A stretch of DNA of 64,000 nucleotides, taken from IMG/VR virus record IMGVR_UViG_3300031485_000046; one strand, given 5' to 3'. Source of the DNA: a virus. The first letter of the stretch is position 1, and every line of letters begins with the position of its first letter. This document shows, piece by piece, positions 36,322 through 46,439 of the stretch. Below the pieces are notes generated by a model. That model did not search any database. It was not told the origin of the DNA and saw nothing but the letters and a program-made list of their open reading frames with translations. A program made the position numbers and the translations under genes.

Positions 36322-39300
36322 GGGCGCTGTTAGGATTTGCCTTGTCAGGAACTGGGCTTGGGATAGGACTTGCAGGATTCCTTGGCGTTTCAGCCGGTAC
36401 CCTCTGGATGGTTGGGGCCTCCCTCGGTTCGTTGTTCGACGGACCGGATATCGACCTTGGAGGTTCGACGCCTAATTACACATTCGGACAGCTGTCGAAT
36501 ACGAAGAGCCAAATGCTCCCCATCCCCATCGTATACGGGCGGTGCAGGGTCGGCGGGAATGTGTTCATGCAGACGTTTTACGACGATACCTTGCAGAAAA
36601 TGGATATGCTGGTCGGTGTTTCCGAAGGGCCAATCCAGTCCATAAAATCCATTTACGCCAGCGACACGGAACTGACGGATGTAAACGGTGATATTACCCA
36701 CGAATTGGAAGAGGTGACGCTGAACGTCCACCTCGGTGAACCAGGCCAGGTTGCTGACAGCCGAGACCCCAGCGGGAGCACATATGCGAATGTGGCTTAT
36801 GTGGGGCTGACGCTGAAGGCGCAGGACGGGCTATCAGGCAACCCTACCATATCGTCCATAGTGGAAGGGCGGAAGATATGGACGCCTGCTGGTACGATGT
36901 TTTCAAGGAACCCAGCGTGGATCGTCTATGACTTCCTGACCAATACCCGCTACGGCGTCGGCATTCCAACAGACCTGATCGACCTCGACTCATTCATGGC
37001 GTCCGCCGACTATTGTGACGCTCTGGTTGAGGGTGAACCTCGTTTCACACTGGATTATATCATCGACACTCAGCGACCGGCGGTGGACCATCTGCAATCC
37101 ATGCTGGCTTGTTTTAGAGGGTATTTCCTCGCCCGGGACAAGATCGAATTGCACGTGGAGCAGGCCGGGAGTGTGTACAAGGCCCTTGGGCCGGATAATT
37201 TCGTGAAGGACAGCTTCACCTGGTGGCAGAAGAGCGGCGACGATTCACCGAACAGAATCACCCTGGAGTGGATCGACCCGGACAACCATTACGAGCAGTC
37301 CTCGGCTGTGTTTGAGTATCAGGAGGATATGCAGGCTCGTGGTGTTTTTGAAAAATCATTCTCCGTGCTCGGAGTAACCCGCTCGTCCCAGGTAGGTCGG
37401 TTGGGTAATTACCTGATGGAAACAGCAAAGCGGGTACAGAATTTCTGCTCGTTCCAGGTGGGACTCCAAGATGCCGACATCGAGGCAGGGGAAATCATAT
37501 CCCTGACATATCCCGATTTTACGGGGTGGGATTCGAAACCCTTCCGGGTTGTGGCGGTGCAGGACCACGGTGATTCGGGTTTAGTTACAATCACCTGTGC
37601 GGAATATGATGCGACGGTATACGGTGATGATGCGCTGCCTGTGCAGACACCCATAGTAGACCCGACGCCCGTTACCTATGACGATGTGTACTCCCTCGCT
37701 CTTGAGGATATGGGGCATATCGCCGATGACGGGACATGGTTCCCGGTAATTCGTGCTACGTGGCAGAACCCGTCCGACTACACGCCCGCTGCACTTAACA
37801 TCCGCTGGCGATATAGCGGCGATACGGTATGGAACCTGCATCTGAACACGTCCCGGCTGACCACGCAGACCAACATTACCGGGCTGACTACCGGAGAGGA
37901 TCTGGAAGTTTGGGTTAATTGCGTTAAGCCAAATAATGGCAGGGAGACAACCGGGGCGACGGCAACGCTGTCCGTAGGACGGGATGTTACCCCTCCGGCG
38001 GCCCCAACTTCCCTTACTGCAACGGGATGGTTTGGAAGCATTAATCTGGAATGGGTGAATCCTGCTGACAGGGACCTTAGTCATATCGAGGTATGGGAAA
38101 ATGCCATTGATAACAGGGCAACCGCAGTAAAAATTGCCGAGACAAAAGGGACATCATACCAGCGGTATGTAGGGTCGTTCATTACTCGTTACTACTGGGT
38201 GCGGGCGGTTGATTTCTCAGGCAACGTGGGCGCATGGAACGCTACGGCAGGCACGGCTGGCAACTCTGACCAGAAGAACCATCAGGATTTTGTAGATTTG
38301 GTGCTACAGGAAAATCCGTATCTCGCAGAAGTACAGACAGACCTCAACTCAGCGATAGTTTTAGGCGACACAAACATTAAGACAATTGACCTGCCTGGCT
38401 ATGAGCAGAGGATAGCCAACCGCATTGATGAGGTCAACGATGACATAATGACGCAGGTCAACACGTATGCTGACGGAACTATCGATGCGATGCTTGACGC
38501 TTCCGAAGCAATAAGTGCAGTAAGAGATGCGGGGATTATTACCGATCCTGTTACGGGATTGACAAGCATTTTCGCCCTTGATGCATACAAGACAGCAAAT
38601 GACGCAAGAGTATCAAACGTTGAGATTGACCTTGATGCAGTCGAATCCACTCTTACATCTAAGGTCACTCTGGCACAGGTGGACGAGCGGATCGCAGGGG
38701 CTGTCTTCGGCGATGCAGGGGAATTGCTCCTGTCCGGCGTGGATGCACGGGTGTCGCTGGTAGAGGAGACCCTTGACGGTGTTGAGGCCGAACTTCTCGA
38801 AAAGGCAACATACGTGGAGGTGAACGAACTCGGCGGGCGAATCGGCACAGCAGAGTCAAGGTTAGACGGTCATGATGCGGAGATTGCCATGCTTGCCACG
38901 TCACAGGAACTTGACGAGGTAGAGAGCCGTGTGACAACGGCAGAGCTTAATATCGATGCCCTTGAAGGATCAATTGTCAATAAGGTTGCCAGCACGGTAA
39001 CGATTACACAAGACCAAGAGGAGCTAATAGCACAGGGCCTGGTTGATGCGATGCTAAACGACCGTGAGGCACAGACCGATGCTAAGGCAAAAACGCAGAG
39101 TGCATTAGCAATAGCGGAGTCTGAACTGTACGCCCATGTCAATGATGAGATGGAAGCAGAGGCGGGGCAGAGATTGTTGTTGGCGGCGAAAGTTGACAAT
39201 AATCAAGCGACTATCCAGAGTGAGTCTGTCGCACGAGCAAATGCTGATTCCGCCATAGCCTCTAATGTATCAACATTGTCAACCACCGTAGGGAACAACA

Positions 39301-39773
39301 CATCAGCGATACAGACAATTGACAGTTCAGTAGACGGGATTCAATCAAAACACGCCGTTAAAATCGATACAAACGGATATGTCACAGGCTATGAACTTAT
39401 CGGCACAGGCGCATCAAGCTCCATGGTGTTCCACGTTGATAATTTCCTAGTCGGCAAGCCGGGTACAACCAACAAATATCCGTTTGTAATCGGCACGGTA
39501 GACGGTGTATCGCGGGTTTCTATGGACTCGGCGTTTATACAGGATGCGGCAATCGAGAATGTGAAGATTGCAAATGCAACAATAACAAGGTTAAAAATTG
39601 AAGGACACACTCTGACTGAGGTCGCATCGTATTACGTTGCAGCAGCGAAGGATATGTTAGAGGACGCAACGTGGACTTACTACACGGATATCGACCAAAT
39701 AACAATTACAACAGAAGCGGGTTATCCAGCACCGATAACGTGGACGGCAGTGCTCAATACAGGAGCAGGGTGA
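36303..39773 (+). CDS. Host specificity/tip attachment protein J-like, with glycine-rich hydrophobic N-terminal segment
   Basis: NPAWIVYDFLTNTRYGVGIP region resembles lambda gpJ NNMAWCLWDMLTHPRYGMG (recalled); 1156 codons; RBS AAGGAGGTGGAG. Confidence 0.85.
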   Translation: MPGAAIGALLGFALSGTGLGIGLAGFLGVSAGTLWMVGASLGSLFDGPDIDLGGSTPNYTFGQLSNTKSQMLPIPIVYGRCRVGGNVFMQTFYDDTLQKMDMLVGVSEGPIQSIKSIYASDTELTDVNGDITHELEEVTLNVHLGEPGQVADSRDPSGSTYANVAYVGLTLKAQDGLSGNPTISSIVEGRKIWTPAGTMFSRNPAWIVYDFLTNTRYGVGIPTDLIDLDSFMASADYCDALVEGEPRFTLDYIIDTQRPAVDHLQSMLACFRGYFLARDKIELHVEQAGSVYKALGPDNFVKDSFTWWQKSGDDSPNRITLEWIDPDNHYEQSSAVFEYQEDMQARGVFEKSFSVLGVTRSSQVGRLGNYLMETAKRVQNFCSFQVGLQDADIEAGEIISLTYPDFTGWDSKPFRVVAVQDHGDSGLVTITCAEYDATVYGDDALPVQTPIVDPTPVTYDDVYSLALEDMGHIADDGTWFPVIRATWQNPSDYTPAALNIRWRYSGDTVWNLHLNTSRLTTQTNITGLTTGEDLEVWVNCVKPNNGRETTGATATLSVGRDVTPPAAPTSLTATGWFGSINLEWVNPADRDLSHIEVWENAIDNRATAVKIAETKGTSYQRYVGSFITRYYWVRAVDFSGNVGAWNATAGTAGNSDQKNHQDFVDLVLQENPYLAEVQTDLNSAIVLGDTNIKTIDLPGYEQRIANRIDEVNDDIMTQVNTYADGTIDAMLDASEAISAVRDAGIITDPVTGLTSIFALDAYKTANDARVSNVEIDLDAVESTLTSKVTLAQVDERIAGAVFGDAGELLLSGVDARVSLVEETLDGVEAELLEKATYVEVNELGGRIGTAESRLDGHDAEIAMLATSQELDEVESRVTTAELNIDALEGSIVNKVASTVTITQDQEELIAQGLVDAMLNDREAQTDAKAKTQSALAIAESELYAHVNDEMEAEAGQRLLLAAKVDNNQATIQSESVARANADSAIASNVSTLSTTVGNNTSAIQTIDSSVDGIQSKHAVKIDTNGYVTGYELIGTGASSSMVFHVDNFLVGKPGTTNKYPFVIGTVDGVSRVSMDSAFIQDAAIENVKIANATITRLKIEGHTLTEVASYYVAAAKDMLEDATWTYYTDIDQITITTEAGYPAPITWTAVLNTGAG

Positions 39774-39794
39774 AACGTTACTTTCGGGGCAAGG

Positions 39795-40004
39795 TTGCTC
39801 CGTAACGGTGTAGTAATCAACACAAGGGACGCTTTTTATTACTCTTTATATCAAGGGATGTCTCCGGTTGTTTTTAGTTTTGTTGATACAGGGGCATCGA
39901 CAGGATCAACTACTTATAAGATACAGGTTAAGCGGGTTCGGTCTCTGGACTGTCATGTTTCGGCATCGGAGAGGACGATGGTGGTTCATTATGCCTACAG
40001 ATAG
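39795..40004 (+). CDS. Hypothetical small protein
   Basis: TTG start, weak RBS. Confidence 0.3.
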   Translation: MLRNGVVINTRDAFYYSLYQGMSPVVFSFVDTGASTGSTTYKIQVKRVRSLDCHVSASERTMVVHYAYR

Positions 40005-40350
40005 GGGAACATGGTTTACGTATTATTCTCAAAACGGGGAGATTTACGGGAGCTATTCAAATACACGCGAGAACATGCTGATTGACCTAGCTGACAAGTC
40101 ATACATCGAAGCACCCGACAATGACATTGACATCAGCAATAAATATGTAGACAACGGAGAAGTTAAAATCAGACCTAACATGAACCTTGCCATTATTGGA
40201 GGGGTAATCACGGGCATACCGCAGGGCGCAACGGTCACACTGGGCGAGCAGTCTTTTACTGTCGATGATGGGGAAGCTGACATCGAGGGATATACAGGGA
40301 TAGTTAAAATAACATGCTGGCCCTATCTTGATGCGGAGGTGACGCTATGA
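39991..40350 (+). CDS. Hypothetical protein
   Basis: Internal ATG 39991 overlapping upstream stop. Confidence 0.5.
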   Translation: MPTDRGTWFTYYSQNGEIYGSYSNTRENMLIDLADKSYIEAPDNDIDISNKYVDNGEVKIRPNMNLAIIGGVITGIPQGATVTLGEQSFTVDDGEADIEGYTGIVKITCWPYLDAEVTL

Positions 40351-40541
40351 AAATAAACTACAAGCCGACCTCTGCGGAGGTGCGGAAAAAACGCAAAGAG
40401 GACTATCTGCAACGCTTCCCGGTTGAACGGCAGTTGGAAGCCCTCACGGAAGCGGCATCGGGCAGACCGGAAAAACTGAATGAACTCATGCAGGGCCTCG
40501 CTGAAATACGCAGGGCCTTGCCATTTGCGAAGGAGGAATGA
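40347..40541 (+). CDS. Hypothetical small protein
   Basis: ATGA coupling. Confidence 0.5.
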   Translation: MKINYKPTSAEVRKKRKEDYLQRFPVERQLEALTEAASGRPEKLNELMQGLAEIRRALPFAKEE

Positions 40542-41947
40542 ATTTGAGCTGGTATAGAACAGGTACCGTAGCCGTAACAAACGGAAGTAAGACAGTCACA
40601 GGAGTAGGTACGTTGTGGACAACGGCAGTCAATGCTGGTGACGCTTTCGCCCTTGTTGACGCAAATCTAAACCCGACTGATGCATGGTATGAGGTGGAGT
40701 CCGTCACGAACAATACGACTCTGGTGCTGAAGCAGAGTTACGCCGGGACAACCGGGAGCAATAATCAATATTGTGTATTTAACATGGTCGGCAACATGAC
40801 CACGCCGTCATTTGCTCAGAGGTTGGCTACGTTCTTCGCATCCTTCCAGAGTTTGATCGACAAGCCGACGACCACACCTACGGCATCCAGCATCCCGGTT
40901 GCGGACTCCGGCGGGAAAATCGCCGACGGATGGGTTCCTGACACTATAGCACGTCTCGCCTCACCAGCACTCACTGGCTCCCCCACAGCCCCCACGCAGT
41001 CAGCGAGCGATGATAGCACGAAGATTGCCACGACTGCGTTTGTGAAGGATCAGGTGGCATCGGAGACTGTTGCCGGAATGGTTGAACTCGCCACGTCAGC
41101 AGAGGTTTTAGCAGGGGAGGATACAGAAAGGGCGGTAACACCTGCGGGCTTAAAAGCGGGATTAGAAGCATCTTACGCTATCTTTGACTCTGACCGCATT
41201 TATGATGGCGTGAACCTCGAAACCAAGTTTGCCGCTGAGATAGCGGGATATACAGATGTTTGGGCATGGATAAAGGCACGTATTGCAGCAGGAGATTACA
41301 GTGGTCTGCATGTCGGTGATTACGTCCAGTTTACGGTAGGGTCTGATACGGTTCAAGCTCAGATTGCAGGAATGGATACGTATTATAGGACTGGAGACTC
41401 CCCACTCGGTCACCACATTGATTTTATCTCTAGGGATTGCCTGACGGCAACATATCAATGGAATACAACAGGCAACAACAACGGCAACTCATCTAATCCA
41501 TCTCCGTGGATGGTGTCTGCACTCAAAGCAAGCCTTGACGGACTTGTAACAAGCCTCCCAGCGGGGTTGCAGTCTGTTGTGGTTACAAAACGAGCATTTA
41601 TTGAAACACGATATACAAGTGGGTCAACGTTGATTGACTCGACATCGTGGGCTTGGAACAACATGGGCAAGTTGTGGGTTCCGTCTGAGTTCGAGGTTTT
41701 TGGCACTATAGTTTGGGGGACACGTGGATACAGTAATAACGGCGGGGTGCAGTATCCTATTTTTGGGAACTCATGGAAAAACAGGATGAAAGGCGCAGGG
41801 CATAACGGGGAGCGCACCGTCTGGTGGTTGTCTTCCGTCTATAGTGGCAATTCTGAGTCATGTTGCAATGTCGGCAACGGCGGGATTATCGGCCGCAGTA
41901 ACGCATCCGACGCTTATAGGGTGCCGCTCTGCTTCCGAATATCGTAG
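40538..41947 (+). CDS. Side tail fibre protein
   Basis: SDDSTKIATTAFVKDQV motif typical of tail fibres; RBS AGGAGG. Confidence 0.8.
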   Translation: MNLSWYRTGTVAVTNGSKTVTGVGTLWTTAVNAGDAFALVDANLNPTDAWYEVESVTNNTTLVLKQSYAGTTGSNNQYCVFNMVGNMTTPSFAQRLATFFASFQSLIDKPTTTPTASSIPVADSGGKIADGWVPDTIARLASPALTGSPTAPTQSASDDSTKIATTAFVKDQVASETVAGMVELATSAEVLAGEDTERAVTPAGLKAGLEASYAIFDSDRIYDGVNLETKFAAEIAGYTDVWAWIKARIAAGDYSGLHVGDYVQFTVGSDTVQAQIAGMDTYYRTGDSPLGHHIDFISRDCLTATYQWNTTGNNNGNSSNPSPWMVSALKASLDGLVTSLPAGLQSVVVTKRAFIETRYTSGSTLIDSTSWAWNNMGKLWVPSEFEVFGTIVWGTRGYSNNGGVQYPIFGNSWKNRMKGAGHNGERTVWWLSSVYSGNSESCCNVGNGGIIGRSNASDAYRVPLCFRIS

Positions 41948-41953
41948 GAGGTG

Positions 41954-42478
41954 ATGGATATGAACGACATGGAGTACAACAATGCTGTACAGATACTGCG
42001 ACAAACGGATTATGTCGCGCTGAAGCTCGCAGAGGGCGCAGACCCTCTCGAATATGCCGAGGTCTTAAAACTCCGTCAATCGTGCCGAGATAAAATTAAC
42101 GATTGGAACGGAGAAGATTTCATCGCACCGACATTTGAGGATTTGAGAAACAGAAAATATCGGGAAATCTCACAGGCCCACAAGGAGCATGTGGCAGGAA
42201 GCATCATGACATCCCTCGGCTTCCCCATGCAGTTCGACATGAAGGACAATCTCATGGTGGAAGGAACCATAAAACTGGCACAGGCAAGCGGAGCAACTAC
42301 AATTTACCTGACTGACGCAGAGGATGTCACTCATTACGACATCCCTCTTGCAGACGCACAGGCCGTGTTGCTTGAGATGAGTACTGCATTTGCACAGGCT
42401 CATGCTAAAAAACAGACGCTTCGGGAGCGGACAGCAGAAGCACAGACCCAGAGCGATCTGGACAAGATAAGCTGGTAG
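41954..42478 (+). CDS. Tail fibre assembly protein (Tfa-like)
   Basis: Position immediately after tail fibre; RBS AGGAGGTG; start ambiguous (41954 or 41960). Confidence 0.6.
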   Translation: MDMNDMEYNNAVQILRQTDYVALKLAEGADPLEYAEVLKLRQSCRDKINDWNGEDFIAPTFEDLRNRKYREISQAHKEHVAGSIMTSLGFPMQFDMKDNLMVEGTIKLAQASGATTIYLTDAEDVTHYDIPLADAQAVLLEMSTAFAQAHAKKQTLRERTAEAQTQSDLDKISW

Positions 42479-42490
42479 GAGGGGGATCGT

Positions 42491-42577
42491 GTGGTAGTGA
42501 TTCAGTGTCAGGATTTCTGGCCGATTGTTCTTGGCGGTGCGATCATCTTTATATTGGTGATGATGCTAAGGAGGTGA
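42491..42577 (+). CDS. Very small hydrophobic ORF (28 aa) upstream of endolysin
   Basis: GTG 5 nt after GGAGGGGG; single predicted TM segment. Confidence 0.25.
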   Translation: MVVIQCQDFWPIVLGGAIIFILVMMLRR

Positions 42578-42581
42578 AAAA

Positions 42582-42968
42582 ATGGGAAATCTTTCCAAAA
42601 ACTTTTCTAGTTCAGAATTTGAATGTCCACATTGTCATCAATCTCCAATGGATCCGTTGCTGATTTCTATATTGCAGATAATTAGAAACTATGTGAAATT
42701 GCCTATTGTTGTAAATTCAGGGTATCGTTGCCCTGAACATAACAAAAGGGTGGGAGGTGTTGCCAACTCCCAACATATCTTTGGTAAAGCGGCGGATATT
42801 TATGTTGAAGGCTGGTCAAATAAACAGTTGTTAGATGTAATCCGCGCCCTGACTGTAGCGAAAAAGATTTATGTAGGGTATGCGTACATTATAAAAAACT
42901 CGAATCGTGCCGTACATATTGATGTTCGTATACCCGAATCCAATACAGTCAGGGGGTGGATGAAATAG
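42582..42968 (+). CDS. Endolysin, peptidase M15-type (zinc D-Ala-D-Ala carboxypeptidase-like)
   Basis: SGYRCPEHNKRVGGVANSQHIFGKAADI with His/Asp metal ligands; RBS AAGGAGGTG. Confidence 0.85.
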   Translation: MGNLSKNFSSSEFECPHCHQSPMDPLLISILQIIRNYVKLPIVVNSGYRCPEHNKRVGGVANSQHIFGKAADIYVEGWSNKQLLDVIRALTVAKKIYVGYAYIIKNSNRAVHIDVRIPESNTVRGWMK

Positions 42969-43345
42969 AGTCCCAGAACATAGAACTTCGTGAACTTCGG
43001 GACGATATAAAAGAGATCAAGGATACGATGAAAGAACTGGCAAAGGTAGCAAGTACCCAAGCCCTTCAAAATCAACGCCTTGACATGGTAGAAAGGGATA
43101 TGTCCAATATTAAAGATGATTTGCTTTCAATCCATCGAGAACTTGTTATTATTGATAAACGATGCCTTGAACGATCACCTGTTATAGAGTTTGGGAAAAA
43201 ACGAATGGATAGTCCGGATAAGTATATGTCTAATGATACGTGGTGGACAATGTTTATCGGTAGTGCAGTTCGGAATGGGGTATGGATCGTTTTAACGGGT
43301 TTGATTGTTCCGTTGATTCTTTATTTAACGGGGGTGAAAAAATGA
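42956..43345 (+). CDS. Lysis-associated membrane protein (coiled coil plus C-terminal TM)
   Basis: C-terminal hydrophobic segment; start uncertain. Confidence 0.5.
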   Translation: MDEIESQNIELRELRDDIKEIKDTMKELAKVASTQALQNQRLDMVERDMSNIKDDLLSIHRELVIIDKRCLERSPVIEFGKKRMDSPDKYMSNDTWWTMFIGSAVRNGVWIVLTGLIVPLILYLTGVKK

Positions 43346-43881
43346 ATCTCCTGGAAGTGGTACCTGCACTTGATTCAATTATTGGTAAGATCATTCAAGA
43401 TCCAAATCAAGCAGGGAATCTAAAACTGGAACTAGAAAAATTGGATGTTCAAAAAGATATTGAACGGTATAAAGTACAGCAGAGTTGGTTGAGCAATAAA
43501 TCCGTATACGTTGCGGGAGCAATCCCTACAATCCTATGGCTTCTGTCAGTAGTGGTAGCATTCAACCACATCATCGCTCCACTACTTATAGGAATGGGCA
43601 TGAATATTCCTGTTCTGGAACTACCTTCGTATTATACTGATCTTGCTGGTACGATTGTTCTTGGTTTGTTTGCGAAGAAGGCGTGGGATGGTAGCACTAT
43701 TGAGAAGTTAGGTAAAAAACCTAAAGAAGAAAAGGCTGTAGAAGTAAAGGTAGTAGAAAAAGTAAAAGTTCCTGTTGTGGACGAATCTGGAGAAGAGCCT
43801 GTTTCTGAAATACCGAAAGATGATCCAGACTATTACAATAAGCGGTATGAGGAACTTATCAAGAAATTTAACAAGACATAA
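43342..43881 (+). CDS. Putative holin-like membrane protein
   Basis: Multiple hydrophobic helices; ATGA coupling; last gene before terminator. Confidence 0.55.
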   Translation: MNLLEVVPALDSIIGKIIQDPNQAGNLKLELEKLDVQKDIERYKVQQSWLSNKSVYVAGAIPTILWLLSVVVAFNHIIAPLLIGMGMNIPVLELPSYYTDLAGTIVLGLFAKKAWDGSTIEKLGKKPKEEKAVEVKVVEKVKVPVVDESGEEPVSEIPKDDPDYYNKRYEELIKKFNKT

Positions 43882-43895
43882 AGTTAAAACAAAAA

Positions 43896-43928
43896 GGGAG
43901 GGTCAAACTTCGACCACTCCCTTTTTTT
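43896..43928. terminator. Bidirectional rho-independent terminator between convergent gene blocks
   Basis: Imperfect stem GGGAGGGTC/GACCACTCCC, A-run upstream, T-run 43922-43928. Confidence 0.6.
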
Positions 43929-43930
43929 GT

Positions 43931-44581
43931 TTATTCTGCTACAAGAATTTCTGCAAGAGATTCATCTAGTTTATATACCGCGTCCCATAACGCATTACAA
44001 AAATCATTGAATTCCTTCATAGCGGGAGGGTTCCCTCTAAGTTTGTAAATATGTCGCCATTCTCGCATATTACCTGTAACAAGCATTTTTGTTGGAGTAC
44101 ATTCAGGCAATAGGTATTTAGCTGTATCATTCCCGTGCTTTTCTTGAATCTTTTTTACAAGCTGGGTTCCTTTATACAACCAATCCAATACTTCTGCATC
44201 TTGTTCAATAGCTTCAGGAAGTATGAACCCAATAGGATTCTTAATGATGGATTTAAGTGACCATCGTGTGCTTTGTACGGAAAAGGAAAGCAACCTATGC
44301 CGTGCAAATTGCTGAAGAAGAGCCCTAGAGATGTTAGAAACTTCCACGACGAGGACAATGTGTTCTATCACACTTTCATGACCGTCTTTGATTCGTTTAA
44401 GGACATACTGTTTTGCTGTTTCCGTATCATACCCATCTTCTTTCCAGAATACAATTAGGTCTTCATACTCATCAGTTATTGCAGGAAAAGCCTCTTGATT
44501 CACACAAATCTTAGATCCATGTAAAGCGTTTTGCAAAACAGTGGCATCTAACACTTTTACAGTCACAGGAAACTCTCTCAT
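43931..44581 (-). CDS. thyX: Flavin-dependent thymidylate synthase ThyX
   Basis: RHRLLSFSVQS matches ThyX RHR(x7)S motif; start at ATG 44579-44581 with AGAGGAG RBS. Confidence 0.85.
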   Translation of the reverse strand: MREFPVTVKVLDATVLQNALHGSKICVNQEAFPAITDEYEDLIVFWKEDGYDTETAKQYVLKRIKDGHESVIEHIVLVVEVSNISRALLQQFARHRLLSFSVQSTRWSLKSIIKNPIGFILPEAIEQDAEVLDWLYKGTQLVKKIQEKHGNDTAKYLLPECTPTKMLVTGNMREWRHIYKLRGNPPAMKEFNDFCNALWDAVYKLDESLAEILVAE

Positions 44582-44749
44582 AAAATCATCACTCCTCTTA
44601 CGTAAATACATACGTATCCTTGGCGAATCCTTGCGTCAGGATCGCATTCTTTTAGAAAAGAGATATAGAATCATGTCTAAACTGTTTTTTATTGCAGGAA
44701 AGCGTATTATCCGTCAGAATGACGTGTGCCCATCCTGCGATGTTAAATC

Positions 44750-45265
44750 CTAATAAGCACCCGACGTAAAACAGGAAGAAGCTATGCATATCAAATCTCC
44801 TATTGTTCCAGAGTTTTCTATAATATGGTCAAAACAGAATCCATCTAATTCCGTTTCTGACGGATGATTCTTCTGTTCTTCTGTAAGACCATTATCATAG
44901 TTAGGACGTTCGATACGAACCGTAATCACTTTGTATCCATTCTTTTTTCCCCATTGTCGCATAATCTGGATCTCATTCAAATACCGGCAGTCTGTTATTG
45001 CTATTTGATTTGGATAACTGTTAGTCTCCAGCATGCGACAGACAAGATTCACCCAAGTATCTCGATTATATTCCCTTACGGTAGAAGCAAGATCCTGTAG
45101 AAATTTACGACCTCGTTCATCTTTGTGCCCATTCCAACCCAACTTGATAGCAAAATCCTTAAGCCGACCAGCAAAGGAATATTTATTGTACCCATCTAAT
45201 CCTAACGCAAATGTATCTTTACCGGCTCTAGCTTTACCAGATATAAGAATGATCGTTTTATTCAT
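44750..45265 (-). CDS. Deoxynucleoside monophosphate kinase (P-loop)
   Basis: ISGKARAGKDT P-loop; size and context. Confidence 0.75.
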   Translation of the reverse strand: MNKTIILISGKARAGKDTFALGLDGYNKYSFAGRLKDFAIKLGWNGHKDERGRKFLQDLASTVREYNRDTWVNLVCRMLETNSYPNQIAITDCRYLNEIQIMRQWGKKNGYKVITVRIERPNYDNGLTEEQKNHPSETELDGFCFDHIIENSGTIGDLICIASSCFTSGAY

Positions 45266-45407
45266 CCGAAGTATTACCTTTTTCTACAGAAGGTAAGGGT
45301 TCATTTGTTTGTGCTGGACTAAAACATTTAGCCAATGTGGGTAGTCCATCTTCTTCTGCTACTTGCCGCATAATTTCCCGCAATTTCTGAGGCATGATTC
45401 TTGCCAT
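45258..45407 (-). CDS. Small ORF (49 aa)
   Basis: ATG 45405-45407 with GTGAGGT RBS-like sequence. Confidence 0.35.
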   Translation of the reverse strand: MARIMPQKLREIMRQVAEEDGLPTLAKCFSPAQTNEPLPSVEKGNTSDE

Positions 45408-45412
45408 GCTGA

Positions 45413-45829
45413 TTACCTCACTTTCGTCAATAACATAGGAATATATACTTTTACTTTTCTTCTTCCCCACCGTAGTGCCTCTTGCCGAGTATGGAAACAA
45501 ATATCTATCTTGTTTCCAGTTATTCTTTTTCCTCTATCATCTACCCTGCGCCATCCAATGCCTTGCAAATGTACCCATGTACCAAATGGAATATATTTTG
45601 GTGCGGCAATTGTAACATCAGGTGTCGTTCGATTCCCGCTTGCTGTTACTGTAGGATCTCCAGAATAACACATACCTTTAATTGCTTTAGGATCTAATGG
45701 AGCGTATCCTGTGGCAACCATTTCAATTGTCTTAGATAAAGGATACGAAAAAACGGGATGTACTGAAAGTAACATCCCGAAACCAAACATCATACTACCG
45801 AGAAGGAGGATCTTCTTTATCGACATCAT
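45413..45829 (-). CDS. Secreted 3D-domain protein (putative cell-wall hydrolase)
   Basis: N-terminal signal peptide; 3D-domain pattern TASG...PFGT...DRG...GNKIDI. Confidence 0.7.
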   Translation of the reverse strand: MMSIKKILLLGSMMFGFGMLLSVHPVFSYPLSKTIEMVATGYAPLDPKAIKGMCYSGDPTVTASGNRTTPDVTIAAPKYIPFGTWVHLQGIGWRRVDDRGKRITGNKIDICFHTRQEALRWGRRKVKVYIPMLLTKVR

Positions 45830-45956
45830 TCCAAAACTGGGTCATTTTCTTACCTACCCAAATGTACATTACGATAAGAGCAATAATGTACAATCCGATA
45901 AGTGTGCCGATAACCGTCAACAACCAAAATATCCACATAGGTAGATATATTGTCAT
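45795..45956 (-). CDS. Small membrane protein
   Basis: Two hydrophobic helices; starts 1 nt after dUTPase stop. Confidence 0.4.
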   Translation of the reverse strand: MTIYLPMWIFWLLTVIGTLIGLYIIALIVMYIWVGKKMTQFWNDVDKEDPPSR

Positions 45957-45957
45957 A

Positions 45958-46428
45958 TCAGACACCTGTACTTCCAAAACCACCCGCACCTCTATCAGTA
46001 TCCGTGAGGGAATTTACATACTCATTAAGCGCATGAACTACTGGAACCACAACAGCTTGGGCGATTCTGTCACCATGCTCAATAATAATGTCTGGATCAG
46101 TTATCCACCCCGCATGTTCAATCAATACCTTTATTTCACCGCGGTAATCAGAATCAATAGTGCCTGGGGCGTTTGGAATCCTTAGTTTTGTAGTAAATGA
46201 CAGTCCTGATCTTGGGCGTATTTGCATTTCACAGCCTTCAGGTATTTCTACTGCAAGTCCTGTGGGAATAGCTTTAATCTGCCCAGGTTTTACCGTTATA
46301 TTCCCGTCAGGGTACAGGAAAGGATCTGCTAGACATGCTTTTAGATCCATCCCGCTTGCTCCTACAGACATATACTTAGGTGAAGTAGCTGCAGGGTCAA
46401 GCAGTTTCCACTTCAGGATAACAGTCAT
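45958..46428 (-). CDS. dut: dUTP diphosphatase
   Basis: Motifs RSGL, GTIDSDYRGE, GAGGFGSTG. Confidence 0.85.
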   Translation of the reverse strand: MTVILKWKLLDPAATSPKYMSVGASGMDLKACLADPFLYPDGNITVKPGQIKAIPTGLAVEIPEGCEMQIRPRSGLSFTTKLRIPNAPGTIDSDYRGEIKVLIEHAGWITDPDIIIEHGDRIAQAVVVPVVHALNEYVNSLTDTDRGAGGFGSTGV

Positions 46429-46439
46429 TATACTCCTCC

